A stretch of 63,996 bases of DNA, filler included, from Stramenopiles sp. TOSAG23-2 (GCA_900128395.1; 5 parts of 5 records of this genome joined end to end with filler, not necessarily neighbours in it); one strand, 5' to 3'; numbered from the whole stretch's first letter, positions 43,783-56,684 are shown. Program-made: numbers and translations. Notes: a model not told the origin generated them from the sequence alone.

Positions 43783-44715
43783 ATGACCACTACGAACATT
43801 CCATATTCGCCAAAGAACCATAATTTGAACTTTCAAAATACGATGAACGTTTCGTCCATTTCATCTATTCCTGGTGTCGATCGTTCGATCTTTCCCATGA
43901 TACAAGGACATCGTGGTGCGCCATTAGTTGAACCTGAAAATACAATAGCTGCATTCCAACATGCTGCACATTCTGGTGCAAATTCCGTGGAACTTGATGT
44001 TTTCTTATCAAAAGATAACGAGTTGGTCGTGTTTCATGGTGGTAGATCAGCAAAAAATCCAAAAGAAGTTGGCAACTTAGGTGCACATACAACTTCAGAT
44101 GACAATATACAAAACTTAACGTTGGAGGAAATGCGAAGCTTGGAATTTGTAAACGATACATTTGCTTGCCCAAATGAGAAAATGAATGGGTTTTACATAC
44201 CAACGTTAAAAGAAACTTTGGAGGAAGTTATTATTAAAAATAATATGCATGTTACTATAGAATTAAAAGGCAGCACTACACCAAAGCCTTTAGTTGCATT
44301 GTTAGATACGATGAAAGGAGAACTTGATTTAGAAAAGCAAGTGACAATAAGTTCATTTAATCACGACTTATTGCGTCAAGTGAAAGAATTAAATCCAGCA
44401 ATTCATATTGCTACATTATTTGGTAGAGATATTGATAATTGTGCCGAGGTAGCAAAAAAATTCAATGCAACTGAAATCCATTTAAATTTTAAATTAGTAA
44501 CGAAAAAAATAGTAGATGAGTTACATCATGATGGATTTATTGTTATGGCATGGTTTAATACACCAGGTTCTATGACTGATGACCAAGAGGAAGCTTACTT
44601 TTTGCATTTATTAAATGCAGGAGTCGATACAATATGTACAAATGCACCAGATGTATTGGCAAGTAAAAAAAATAAATTAATCGAAGAACATAAACGAGTA
44701 TTGCCAAAGATATGA
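43783..44715 (+). CDS. Glycerophosphodiester phosphodiesterase (GDPD family)
   Basis: Motifs GHRGA...EPENTIAAF, VELDVFLSKD..LVVFH, IPTL, IELK, ISSFN and GVDTICTN.PD. Confidence 0.92.
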   Translation: MTTTNIPYSPKNHNLNFQNTMNVSSISSIPGVDRSIFPMIQGHRGAPLVEPENTIAAFQHAAHSGANSVELDVFLSKDNELVVFHGGRSAKNPKEVGNLGAHTTSDDNIQNLTLEEMRSLEFVNDTFACPNEKMNGFYIPTLKETLEEVIIKNNMHVTIELKGSTTPKPLVALLDTMKGELDLEKQVTISSFNHDLLRQVKELNPAIHIATLFGRDIDNCAEVAKKFNATEIHLNFKLVTKKIVDELHHDGFIVMAWFNTPGSMTDDQEEAYFLHLLNAGVDTICTNAPDVLASKKNKLIEEHKRVLPKI

Positions 44716-45150
44716 AGGGAACTGTATACCAGTATACAACATGTAAATACCCGAATTTTTGTTACTAATTAAATATACTGATACCCCAGATACGGTATAT
44801 TTCTTAAATTTTTAATGGAGATGAAACTTCTAAAATCAAACAAAAAAATTACACACAGCAGAAAGCGTAGGGGAGACTGCAGTGTTTGTAAATATTTGAC
44901 TGTAAAACACAATGTACATACATACTTTAACATACGATTCGTATTTTTTTACGAATTTTCTAAAAAAAGTTTTTTTTAATAAAAATAATCTTTGATGGTT
45001 AAAATCTTAAAGAGTTAATATAATAATTTTACACTTCTCGTGTTAAGTAATATACTCGTATATGATATTTATATATGATATGCTCAATACTCAATTGCAA
45101 GAATAATATTTCTATCCTCTCCGTATTATATATAGAATAGTAAAGCTCTA

Positions 45151-45295
45151 ATGCACCTCTCTGCAAACTAATACTCTACAAGCATGAGTAGNNNNNNNNN
45201 NNNNNNNNNNNNNNNNNNNNNNNNNNNNNNNNNNNNNNNNNNNNNNNNNNNNNNATGCACCTCTCTGCAAACTAATACTCTACAAGCATGAGTAG
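45151..45295. other. Intra-scaffold gap (63 N) flanked by the same 41-bp sequence on both sides
   Basis: 45151-45191 is identical to 45255-45295, consistent with unmerged overlapping contig ends. Confidence 0.92.
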
Positions 45296-45396
45296 GTTTC
45301 TATCCTTCCATGCGCACTCGTTGAACTTTTTTTATATTATATAATCAAAATATAATTATATATATATAAAATATTTTTCCTCTCTCTCTCTCTTCC

Positions 45397-46221
45397 CTAC
45401 TTCTTTGCAACATTCAGTTTACAAAATGTATCAAAGATTTGTACAGGATAAAATGTAATTTGTTCCATAATTTCATCTCGACAGATCATACCTAATTTTT
45501 CTGCATTTTCTAATTGTCCTAATGCTAATACTAATGGTAAGTTTAATTTCATTGAATATGTTGTTGTTGTTATAGAACCACCAAATGAATCTCCTTCACC
45601 TTCTTCTTGCATCAATTTTAATATATTTAACCCGATTTCATAATCCATTTTTTCATCACTTACTCCATCTTTCTTTAATTGCAATACCAATACACCACTC
45701 TCCAATGTTCGTAAACATGCTGGTAAATGTAATTGTTGAAACATATTACATGCCTCATGGAGCTCATCGGGTGATATCAATGTCGTTCCACGTGCACGAT
45801 TATACATACAATATACATCGGTTAATTGCAACATATTCCCTGGTGTTTTACGCAATGGCATCTCAATAAATTCGAAAATTTGTCTTGACAATTGTTCTTC
45901 AAACAAGGAACCAGCAACGGATTTTGTTACTGGATTGGTAATACCCATTGTATTTAAAATAGAGACAAATTCTTTAGTTTCATTATCTACATTATTTGAA
46001 CGTTTATCATCATCATCATCATCTACTCTACCTTTTTTTATCGAACGTTGTTTTAAATCATTTGAATATCTTTCCGTCAAATGTACCATATCCTCTGCAA
46101 GACTCATTAATGCATCTAAATCACCAAATGCTTCAGTTGTTTTTTGTTTTGTTTCTCGTTGTTTTCTATCTTGCATACGTATAATACCTGCTACTCCAGC
46201 ATTGCGTGTTGAAAAAGTAGA

Positions 46222-46263
<42 letters not shown>

Positions 46264-46821
46264 TGTCCCATGATTATTATAATCATTATTATTTAAATCT
46301 TTCTCATATATTTTCTTTTTCATAGCTTCTTCAATTTTATTTGTAATATCTCTGGTATCTCCATCTTTTAAAGTGATTTTGATATCCATTGGTTCATATG
46401 AGACATTTTTATCTGCACTGCGTTTCGTTCCACACATTTTACAGTTTTCAGACTGAGAGTCATTTATATATGTACAAGCTTGACAACTCCAATTTAAAGC
46501 TTTAAGCATAATAATTGTTTTATATGTTTTTGAAAATATACCTTTTGAAATGGTTTCAACAGATATGACATTTTGATATGGCAATCGATAAGCATTGTTA
46601 TTATTCACAATATCATCATATACAATCCCATGGGATGTAATCATAATATTACCAGCGTCTAACGTTTTCGGTATATTATTCACATTTTTTGCATGAAAAT
46701 AGGTCATATCCTTATTATTACTTCGTATACGTGCTGCTTTTTCCATTAAAAATGTCACTTCATTGGTAAACAATTTCGGTCTTCCCGACGATGTTACCTC
46801 TATTTTATTAAATGAATCCAT
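45397..46821 (-). CDS. VPS36: ESCRT-II subunit VPS36 with GLUE domain, one NZF finger and EAP30 domain
   Basis: Motifs AGVAGI, AFGDLDALM.LA.DMV.L, MGITNPVTK, L.LTDVYCMYNRARG..LISPDEL..AC and AE..G.ICRD. NZF WSCQACTYIN...CKMC. First ATG is at 46821. Confidence 0.92.
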
Positions 46822-48206
46822 GAATTTGTTTTGTTCTTGTAATGATTTGATAATCAATGGATATATGATATGTATTGCATATTCTCTATATTCATCATTG
46901 GAATCATATATATATATAAATTTATATTACATTTTAATTTACATATATAATTGGAATGCACGAATTAATTCAATAAACAGGGGATAATTCTTTTAGCATG
47001 TTATTACAGGTAATCTGGTAATGTAAATACCTGGTAGCTATCGATAGTACTAATAAGCAATAGGACGGATATCCGATAGAGCCGTGTTAGGTTTAGGGTT
47101 ATAGCACCGATGAAGAGATGCAAGAGAATGAAAATGATCAAAAACAAAAAAGAGAGGGACAAAGTGTACATCTATTCGATATATCAAATGTGTCATATGT
47201 ATATACACATAATCATGTGATATATAAGAGAGAGAGAGAGAGAGAGAAAGACACGCATGGTCATACAGAGATACAAATAACGAAACACAAAAGATGAGGA
47301 AACGCAATACAATTAGTATAATAGTATTGATATGTATGATTGTATTACTAATTGAAAATGTAAAACCATATACTATTTTACCCAATTGTCGATTGTTTTG
47401 TTCAGATAGTTGCAATCCAAGTGTATTATTTCTTTTAAATTGAAATGTCATTGTATCACTGCTATCATTTGTTGTCGTTGTTATTGTTGTTGTTGGACCC
47501 GCGCGATCTTTCTCCACAACCATAGATACGGCGTTACCATCGTTTGCATCGAACGCACGAACTTGACCGGCATCCATACAGGTTTACAAATATGTTATAA
47601 TATCAATTGTTATTGACACACACAGTAGTTAGTATGTTACGTATCTTTTACTATTATTGATTCCTTTCACACCGAATCAAAATGTAAAAAATAAAATTAA
47701 AAATATTATAGTTTAGAAATATATATGTCCATATTATTATTATTTCGAAATTATTAACGGTTGTTTTTTTCATAAAATGTAATAAAATGTGGTATGCACG
47801 TATGGTTGTTGTTTCGAGATGTTCGATGATGTTTGCCCGGTTTGCCAGTTTCCAGTTTGCTGCTTTTGATTTGAGTGAGTTGATCTTCTCAGGTTAATTA
47901 TTGATAGGTATTTTGTTTGTAATCTAATACTATACTCAATAACATCCATGAACTACGCGGCCTCGGCGGGCAAATAATAATGGCAGTTAGATATTTTATG
48001 ATGAAGAACAAAATAAAACACAAGAACAAAAAATATTATTTGAAACTACAAATAGAAAAGATAAGTAAAAGAAAGGTGCTAATATATATATATATACATA
48101 TATAACCATTACTTTAAACCATATCAAGTGTAACTAATAAAACACTTTTTCAAAAAAATAGAAATATACATACATATATATATAAATAGAAAAATAGAAA
48201 AATATC

Positions 48207-51200
48207 ATGGATTTTGATAAATTAGAAGCAAAAATAGCTTCTATATCCAGGTTAAGTTCACAAACAAATGATTTTAATAATACCAGTGACGTTAACTCAA
48301 GTATATATACAAGTGAATATACCACTGACGATTCAAGTAGTGGTGATGAAAGTAGTAATGCTAGCTTTATGATTTAATAATACCAGTGACGTTAACTCAA
48401 GTATATATACAAGTGAATATACCACTGACGATTCAAGTAGTGGTGATGAAAGTAGTAATGCTAGCTTTATGAAAAGTGGGAGCAAAGGCACACCGGTCAA
48501 AAGGCGTGAATCTACCTTAACAAATGAAGGTTTTCTAAACGCATTGGAAAAATTAGATGCAGGTACTAAATCCCAAATTTGTCAAAATATTTCAACATGG
48601 AGAACAAACTATAAAATGACTAACTACATTCCAAAGTCCATGCGACAATTTTTTAGTCAACGTGGTATATCACATCAAATTTCAACTCGTCTTTTAAAAA
48701 CTGATAATATTGAAATGTTTATAGATTTATTAGAGCAAGATGAAGAGGTTAAACTTTTAAATAGAACAGCAACACCAAAATCCATCAATTTAAGCTTTGG
48801 TAGTATGAATAGTAATAATAATAGTAACCCTGGTACACCAACATTGGACAATATTGATGATTTTATAATGCAACTTGAACAAGAAGCTGATATGGAACCG
48901 TCATCAACGACACCAAGGAAACAAAACGATAACGATGAAAGCAGCAATCGCAATAGAAGTAGTGTGAAAAAGAAAATGGAAAAAAGTGAATTAAAGACAT
49001 CCCGTATAGGATCAAGTAGCACAAAAAAAAACCATGTCGTTAAAAATAAAACACCATCATCAAAATTAAAAATACAATCTACGTCACCAATGAAATCAAC
49101 TTCACCAAAAAAAATACGTAATAATAATAACAGTCACATTATTAATCCGGTGAAAGCAATGCCGATTGAAAGCGTAGAAATATTATCCTCACCAACACCG
49201 AAAAAAATCACAGTAAATGAGAAGACAACAATGATTGCGAAGAAAAGTGAGGAAAGACATGTGAATCATGCGAAACGAAAGATGGAGTTAGAAAATAAAG
49301 CCAAAGTGACAAAACATATATTGTCACATGTAGATAAAATGATTAATGAGGAAGATGTGAAAATACAAAATACAAAAGCAAATATTGAAAGTTTAAATTT
49401 GTCAAATGATACTAAAAATATTGCTACTACATCGCCTGGTAATAATAATAATGATAATAAAAATATGACAAAAACATCAACCCCACAAACGCCAACACGA
49501 GTATCATCAAAATTAATTACGCCACCAAGTTCAGCATCACGACGGAAAAAGAAAAAGAAAAAGAATACTACACCAAGGAAAAAAACACCAATTCAACATA
49601 CATTGAAATTGACACCAAAGCGAAAAAATAGTAGTATAGAGAAACGAGAAAAACGTTTACAAACACGACCATCGCCATCTTCACGCCCACCATTAGTCGA
49701 TAATACCGCAACAGTTGAATTAAATGTCAATCAAGCAAGTAGTATTATTGGGAGTGAAACTTCTTCTTCTTCACCAATTCAAAAATTGCTAAAGAAAAAG
49801 AAAAAGAAAAAATCTACACCATTATTAAAAAAACGATCGTCTTCGTCAAATTCGTCCTTCTCGTCATCATCATCCCGTCCAGTAAATTCACAGGATGAAT
49901 TAAACACTTTATTAAAAGATGCAATTAAATCCAAACGTTCTTTGTTTGGCATTCAATTGAAAAGTTTAAAAGATGTATTCTTAGCGATTGATAAAGATAA
50001 TTCAGGAACAATTGATTTAGAAGAATTTCAAAATGGTATTAAACGTTTAGGAATTATATTAACAAAAAAAGCTGTAATAGATATCATGAATATTATGGAT
50101 CCATCTAAAAGTGGGTTTATTTCCTATAATCAATGGGTGGAACAAACAACAAAAGTATTCAAGCGAAATAAAGTAACACGTAGCTCATCTACTGCTTCAC
50201 ATAAAGTATTGACAAAAAAACAAATATTACAAAAGCAAAAGATGGAAAAATTAAAGGCGTTGGAATCAGCAATGATGCTAGCTGAAGTGGCTGGTTTAGA
50301 GCGGGAAAAAAGATCTACATCCTCGTTAGCAAAGGTGAAGAGGAAAGGAAAACGAAAGAAATATAAGAAAAAATCTAAAAAAAATGCCATAAATACAAAT
50401 TTCTATCAAAGAGCCATGTTATGGAAACAAGAAATAAAGGATAGAAATGATAAAGAGAAATTTTTGAAAATCAAAATGGAAGAGGAAGAATGGGAAACAT
50501 TAAAAACGACACATGATGTTTCAAAAAATCATGCAAAACCATTCGACGGATCAAAATTTTATGAAAATAACCTGCAATGGCAGCAACGTAAAGACAAAAA
50601 AAGTGAGAAAATGAAAAATGCAAATTTATTAGACGAATTAGCTGAATGTGATTTTGAATTAACTGCTGTTAAAAAGAAAAATGCAAGGCGCAAACCATTG
50701 CTTGTTGTCAATGATAATGGTGAATTTGGAAAAGCAAACGTAACGATGGATAAGACATCTTCTACAACAGCAACGGCAGCACCAGGAAACAAGGATCCAA
50801 ATATAAATACGTCTGTATATGATAGACGAATGCGTTGGAAAGAACGTAAAATGGCTAAATTAAAAGAATTAATGAAAGCGAAGGAAGAATCTATTATGAG
50901 TAGTTGTACATTTCAACCAGAGTTAAAACATGATGAATATCGCGATGCTTTAGCAAATAATGCTAAGAAAAGAAGAAAGGCAAGGGAAGAACGAATTGCA
51001 AAAATTAGGCAAAAAGAATTAAAATTAAAACGGAAAAAGGATAAAATGAAATTGTTTAAAAAAATGCAATCAACTAAAAAATCAGGAACTACAATCACAT
51101 CGAGTATATTAAGTAGTAGTACAAATAATAATAACCAAACAACAGTTGATGATGCTAATTATTTATTGAAATTATCGTCTAAGTTTGTATCCCAATCAAG

Positions 51201-51285
51201 AAAAGATCGTACTGCGATGGATACAACAGTTCGTAAAGCGAAACGAACGTTGAAAAAGAAAAAGAAAAAGAAAAAGAAAGTTTAA
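48207..51285 (+). CDS. Large basic low-complexity protein with an EF-hand pair; N-terminus split by a 100-bp duplication
   Basis: EF loops DKDNSGTIDLEE and DPSKSGFISYNQ. CTFQP repeat-type motif. Collapsing the duplication joins ATG 48207 (MDFDKLEAK...) to ORF 48469-51285, giving about 992 aa. Confidence 0.78.
48273..48472. repeat. Perfect tandem duplication, 100-bp unit x2 (frameshift)
   Basis: 48273-48372 is identical to 48373-48472. Confidence 0.95.
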
Positions 51286-51440
51286 TACAACTGGTAGTGG
51301 TGGTAGTAGTAGTAATAATGTTGGAGAGCAGAAGAAGAAGAAAAGAGCATCAACGAGAGTTGTTCCAAGTGAAAGGTTGTAAATAAAAAAAAAGTTACGA
51401 AGCTTCGTATCATACACGTTTATTTTTGTGTTCAAAAAAA

Positions 51441-52063
51441 CTAATCAGCATACTTTTCTATAAGTCCATCTAATAATTCTTCCTCTTTACCCTCGTGTTT
51501 ATCTAATAAAGCATCTATTGTAGCCAACCTTGGTGGGTCATGTTTGTCAAAAAAATCTATTAATATCTGTCTATAATCGTTTTTCATTTCATTTAATTTA
51601 CTGTTATTTACATCATTTCTTGCCTTATTATTATTGTTGTTATTACTTGTATTATCCCCGTCATCATCATCTTCGTTTATAATACTACTAGTATCATCAT
51701 TATTCTTGGCTTCTTCTATCATATCAAATTGCTTTTTCATCGCTTTCATTTCTATATTCAATCGTTCCCGTTCCTCTCCTTCTTCTTTCATATTTGGTTT
51801 TGGCTTATGAAATTTGTATATGTTAGAGATAATGTCATCTAAAGTTTTTTAGCAAGGAATGTAACGAATTTACTTACACAAAGAAGTTTCGTGAGAAGAA
51901 GAAGAAAGCAAAAAAATATAATGCTACCAATTAAAATAGATATTAAAATTTGTTGCTGCTGTTTTTCATTCATCATTGATTGGGCATGATTATTATTATT
52001 GTTGTTGTTATTGTTATTATCATTGTCAATGATTGTTGATATATTGTTTAATGTTCCATTCAT
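51441..52063 (-). CDS. Single-pass membrane protein with a C-terminal helical protist-type module; 2 exons (52063-51878, 51803-51441)
   Basis: A phase-0 intron 51877-51804 (GTAAGT...CTAAC...TAAG) joins the two ORFs as ...LLC/PKPNMKEE. TM segment ILISILIGSIIFFCFLLLL. C-terminus YRQILIDFF.KHDP.RL..ID.LL.KH.GKEEELL..L.EKY. Confidence 0.7.
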
Positions 52064-52240
52064 TGCATTTGTTTGTAAGAAAGATAAGAGATGAAGTATT
52101 CTAATGAAAGAGAAATGGAATAGAGATAGATATTGTCATGTGTGTTTAATGTTCCATTCATTGCATTTGTTTGTAAGAAAGATAAGAGATGAAGTATTCT
52201 AATGAAAGAGAAATGGAATAGAGATAGATATTGTCATGTG
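52045..52240. repeat. Perfect tandem duplication, 98-bp unit x2
   Basis: 52045-52142 is identical to 52143-52240. Confidence 0.93.
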
Positions 52241-53344
52241 TGTCTATATATGTATAAATATTTTGGGGGTGTTATAATAATTAATTGTACTTACACGATT
52301 ATTGCAACGATGCTTCCATATTATCTGAAATTTGGGGGAGAATTGTGCAATTGTTTAAACTCTGGCAAATTATTGTTGCATGAGATAATTTACGATAATA
52401 CAAAAGTTTTAAGGGATTTGTAATGCAAAATCTTGATTCTTGATCTTGGTGTTGCATTAAATATTATAATTATTATTGGAGCATAAAAATTAGAATTTGT
52501 ACTTGATTGTATCAGATTTATATACTAAGGATTTTAACGAAGTTTTGATCGAATTTGGACCCTTAAACCAATGGCAACCACACATCATTAGATGCAACAG
52601 AAAGCATACTATTCAACTATATAATAATGATATGCATTCATTCCTTCTGCATCGCATGCAGAAAATTTTGCTCCATGCCGTACTACACATTCTACCATTT
52701 CATATTGCCGATTTTTCATCAGATGTGGAATGATTGTTAGTTGCTCCTTCTTTATTTCAAAAATCATTTTGTTAATATCGAAACTTGGTGCTGTTGCTGT
52801 AGTTGTAGTACTACTTTCCTGGTCCGCCACCGCTACGACCCGGTCAACCAGGCTACGTCCCACCGCCACCACCCCCACGAGCAGTTGTATAACAAAATAA
52901 CATATGCATACACTGTACATTGTACGAAGAAGAAGAATATGAAAAATGTATATATGATGTCAGTGATGTATGATACGAAGTATATATTTTAAAATAATAT
53001 AAAATGTACGCGCGTATTTTAATTTTTTATTCCTACTCATAACAATTCCTACTCTCCAAAGAATACAGTGCTTGTCAACGATTTATGATACATCGTACCT
53101 TGGTAGAGTATATCTTGGTCCTTGTTAATATATGTACAACCTGAACAACATATTTTAAAATATTAAATATAATATTTTGATAATATATATTACTTCTCTC
53201 TGTATTAAATTTTTGTACGAGAAGTATGTCTCCATCCCTCGTGTTTTTTTTACAAATTACTACCGGAGGTATTCTTTTTATTATTATTGTCATCAGCCAG
53301 CCCAGCCAGCCATTTTACAACACTATCTCGAATTATTAATGGAT

Positions 53345-53444
53345 NNNNNNNNNNNNNNNNNNNNNNNNNNNNNNNNNNNNNNNNNNNNTTAATTAATTAA
53401 NNNNNNNNNNNNNNNNNNNNNNNNNNNNNNNNNNNNNNNNNNNN
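53345..53444. other. Artificial scaffold linker
   Basis: N44-TTAATTAATTAA-N44. Confidence 0.98.
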
Positions 53445-53774
53445 AGGATTAACAAACCGCGTGGTACATGAACAAATATTTAGTCCATAATTCCATAATC
53501 ATACATTCAGGCAACAAGTATCCAAGAGGGAGGTGTGTGGTATAATAATATATCAAATCTTTATGTATATATCAATAGGATATTGCATTCTGTTTTTTAA
53601 AAGAACTTAGTTTTAACATTCTATATATAGTAACATTCTTTATAAATATTATAATACAGTAGAGAAAGAAAATATTCTTTTCTATTTTGTAATATTTTTT
53701 CTTTTTTGTAAAAATTATTTTTTTAATAATCAATCAACAATAATCCAAATTATTATAATTATATTAACCAAAAA

Positions 53775-56684
53775 ATGTCCTCATTTGTACGTAGTTCGAA
53801 ATTTCGTAATATCATTGTAACACCATTTAAACGTGAAAATACATATGAGAATATACAAGTATCCGATGGGAGTGCCGTATCGACTGGGTACGGAAATTGC
53901 GTAGATGCAAGTACTAATTTCCTTGCATATATTGATAAATCAAGTAGTGGTAGTTGTATTGGTGTATTACCACACTCATCAATCGGTAGACGTCATGTTC
54001 CAGTACATGCAAAAACATATAAACAACCATTAATACGTGCAAATAGTTCACAAGTTACGACAATACAATTTACACCGCATAATGAATCAAACGATATCCT
54101 TGCTAGTGGAAATATGGATGGTATATTATCATTATTTGAAATACCAGAAGATGGTTTATCTGAAGATTTAACATCACCTACACGTAAATTAACATTAAAA
54201 GGTAATTCTTCAACTATTACTTCGTTACAATGGCATCGTGCAGCTTCTAATGTTATAGCAACTGCTGGTAATAAAGAAGTACATTTATGGGATGTTGAAA
54301 AAGGTGAAGTAATATGTACGAATGATACGGAGCATAGTACAAATATTACTGGATTAAAATGGGATTGGACTGGGAAACGTGTGTTAACATCATCTAAAGA
54401 TAATATTGTACGTTTATTTGATTTAAGAGCATCTGAATCAAAACAATCCATCGGTAGTGCACGTGGATTAAAACGTATGTCAATATGTTGGGCTGGAAAA
54501 TCAAATGATATTTTCCTTGCAGTTGGACATAGTGCACGTATGGAACGCCAATGCGTATTATATGATTCACGCAATTTATCAAAATCATTAAAAACAATAC
54601 GTATTGATACAAATACAAGCCCAATGAAAGCATTGTATGATTTTGATTCCAATATATTATTTTGTTGCAGTCGTGGCGATACAACGATTAAAGTATTTGA
54701 ACATAATCATGAGAAAGATCCATATTTACATCCAATTAATTCTAATTCTGTATCTGGTTCACAAACGAAAGATGTATGTTTAATGCCAAAATTAGCAGTA
54801 GATGCAAAAGGATGTGAAATTGATCGTATATTGCGGTTAACACCAGGTTCAATCGATCCAGTACGTGTGGAAGTACCGCGTAAAGATAAAAATCGTAATT
54901 TTCAAGATGATTTATATCCAAATACATTTAGTAGAAAAGCTGCAATGACATCGAAAGATTATTTCGATAATAACAATGATGCTGCTGTTTGTTTACCATT
55001 AACTGTATCAGTGGAAGAAAATAGTGTTGTTGGAAAAGCATCATCTGCATTAAGAAATCGACCAGGATCGTTGGAATTAAAGCAAAAAAAAGCTGCTAAT
55101 AATTCAACCAGCCAAACAAGTAGCGATGAAGTATCTTCACCAATGTCTGCTAAAGCAAATCGTGCAAATTCATTATTTGCTGGACAAAGTAAATATAAAT
55201 ATGTACGTATGTCATGCCCAAATAAAGAACATACATATTTTAATTTAAATATTGATACTTCCGTAGTAGATTCAATGCTTATCAGTGGATCTTCACGGCG
55301 ATTTGCTATCCCATGGAAACGTCTTGCAGGTGGATCTATTTATTTAGGTGATTTAAACAAAACTGGAAAAGAAACTAGAAAAGAACCATTTGTATTAACT
55401 GGTTTAAAAGATCGTGTATCTTCATTACAATTTAATCCATCAAATGATAATGTACTTGCATCCGGTATTGAAATGGGTGATATTGTTTTATGGAATTTAC
55501 CAAATTCTAACGCAGCATTAGATGCCAATATAGATGCTACAAATGGAAACAATGATCAATGCACTTTTTTATCCGGCCATATGAAAGGTGTCCGTGCTAT
55601 TGAATGGAATCCAACTATTTCTAATTTTTTTGCATCAGCATCGACGGATAATACAGTACGTTTTTGGGATGTCAATGAACAAAAAGAAATATGCGAACCA
55701 ATTGAAGTGGGTTATGATTCTAAAATTACATCGATTGGATGGAATTATGATGGTACGAAATTGATGACGTCAACGATGGATGACATTTTCATGGTTGATT
55801 TACGTAGTAGAAATGATAAACAAAATAGTATCTTGAGTAAAAAGCCACACGTAGGTGGTAAAGGTATGAAATGCCAATTATTACGGAATGAAAATTATTT
55901 TTGTACGATCGGTTTCGCAAGAATGGCAGCACGTGAATTAAAAGTATGGGATATTAGAAAGACTGATAATTGTATTAAAACGGAGAAAATTGATAATGGT
56001 TCTGGAATATTACATCCATTATATGATTTTGATACAAGTTGTTTATTTTTAGCAGCCAATGGTGAAGCAACGATACATGTGTATGATATGAGGGATGATG
56101 GCAAAGCATCATTATGTGCACCATGTACAGTACCGGGTGATCCAATGACTGGATTAACATTATTACCAAAAGCAAGTTGTAATATTAAAAATGTGGAATA
56201 CAACCGTATGTTACGATGTACGAAAACATCTATTCAACCACTTAGTTTCCAAGTACCACGTAGTGATGATATGGTAACTTATTTCCAAGATGATATATTT
56301 ACACCAACACGATCATATGGATCCATGATGAATTTAACAAATTATTTAAATGGTGAGAAAGTTACAGTAAAAACAACAAATTTATGCCCAACCGGTATGA
56401 AACCAGTTTCTACAAAACCAGTAGTTGTACGTAAAAAAGTAGATCAAACACAGAAATATTTTGATGAAGAAAAAGCAAAAGCAGATTTAAAAAAAATTAA
56501 AGATGCAAGTTTTGAACGATTACAAGCATTAGCAGTACAACATGCAAATTACAATGTCAATCAAAGCATGGGTGGTAAAAAAAGTAGGGTACAACAAAAA
56601 GGTGTACGTATTAAAGGTGAATATGTGGCTGAAGTCAATGATGATGAAAGTAGTGATAGTGGTTGGTCCGATGAGGATGATTAG
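53775..56684 (+). CDS. CORO7: Tandem coronin (coronin-7/POD-1 type)
   Basis: Two coronin units, each with an SKFR/SKYK N-motif, WD40 repeats and VPR....FQDD(L/I)(Y/F). Acidic Trp-containing tail DDESSDSGWSDEDD. Confidence 0.92.
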   Translation: MSSFVRSSKFRNIIVTPFKRENTYENIQVSDGSAVSTGYGNCVDASTNFLAYIDKSSSGSCIGVLPHSSIGRRHVPVHAKTYKQPLIRANSSQVTTIQFTPHNESNDILASGNMDGILSLFEIPEDGLSEDLTSPTRKLTLKGNSSTITSLQWHRAASNVIATAGNKEVHLWDVEKGEVICTNDTEHSTNITGLKWDWTGKRVLTSSKDNIVRLFDLRASESKQSIGSARGLKRMSICWAGKSNDIFLAVGHSARMERQCVLYDSRNLSKSLKTIRIDTNTSPMKALYDFDSNILFCCSRGDTTIKVFEHNHEKDPYLHPINSNSVSGSQTKDVCLMPKLAVDAKGCEIDRILRLTPGSIDPVRVEVPRKDKNRNFQDDLYPNTFSRKAAMTSKDYFDNNNDAAVCLPLTVSVEENSVVGKASSALRNRPGSLELKQKKAANNSTSQTSSDEVSSPMSAKANRANSLFAGQSKYKYVRMSCPNKEHTYFNLNIDTSVVDSMLISGSSRRFAIPWKRLAGGSIYLGDLNKTGKETRKEPFVLTGLKDRVSSLQFNPSNDNVLASGIEMGDIVLWNLPNSNAALDANIDATNGNNDQCTFLSGHMKGVRAIEWNPTISNFFASASTDNTVRFWDVNEQKEICEPIEVGYDSKITSIGWNYDGTKLMTSTMDDIFMVDLRSRNDKQNSILSKKPHVGGKGMKCQLLRNENYFCTIGFARMAARELKVWDIRKTDNCIKTEKIDNGSGILHPLYDFDTSCLFLAANGEATIHVYDMRDDGKASLCAPCTVPGDPMTGLTLLPKASCNIKNVEYNRMLRCTKTSIQPLSFQVPRSDDMVTYFQDDIFTPTRSYGSMMNLTNYLNGEKVTVKTTNLCPTGMKPVSTKPVVVRKKVDQTQKYFDEEKAKADLKKIKDASFERLQALAVQHANYNVNQSMGGKKSRVQQKGVRIKGEYVAEVNDDESSDSGWSDEDD

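Noticed and set aside
47087..47100. Telomere-like ttaggtttagggtt
   Set aside because: Fewer than three units and internal, so expected by chance.
47050..47577. 175-aa minus-strand ORF with a PDZ-like start (FKRNNTLGLQL)
   Set aside because: Only about 65 codons look coding. The rest runs through AG/AT microsatellite DNA, and I could not build a spliced model.
35245..48472. Frameshifting tandem duplications removed as new introns, or arrays resembling CRISPR
   Set aside because: The 88-, 89- and 100-bp units contain no AG|GT site on the coding strand that would allow exact excision. Each has only two copies and no spacers.
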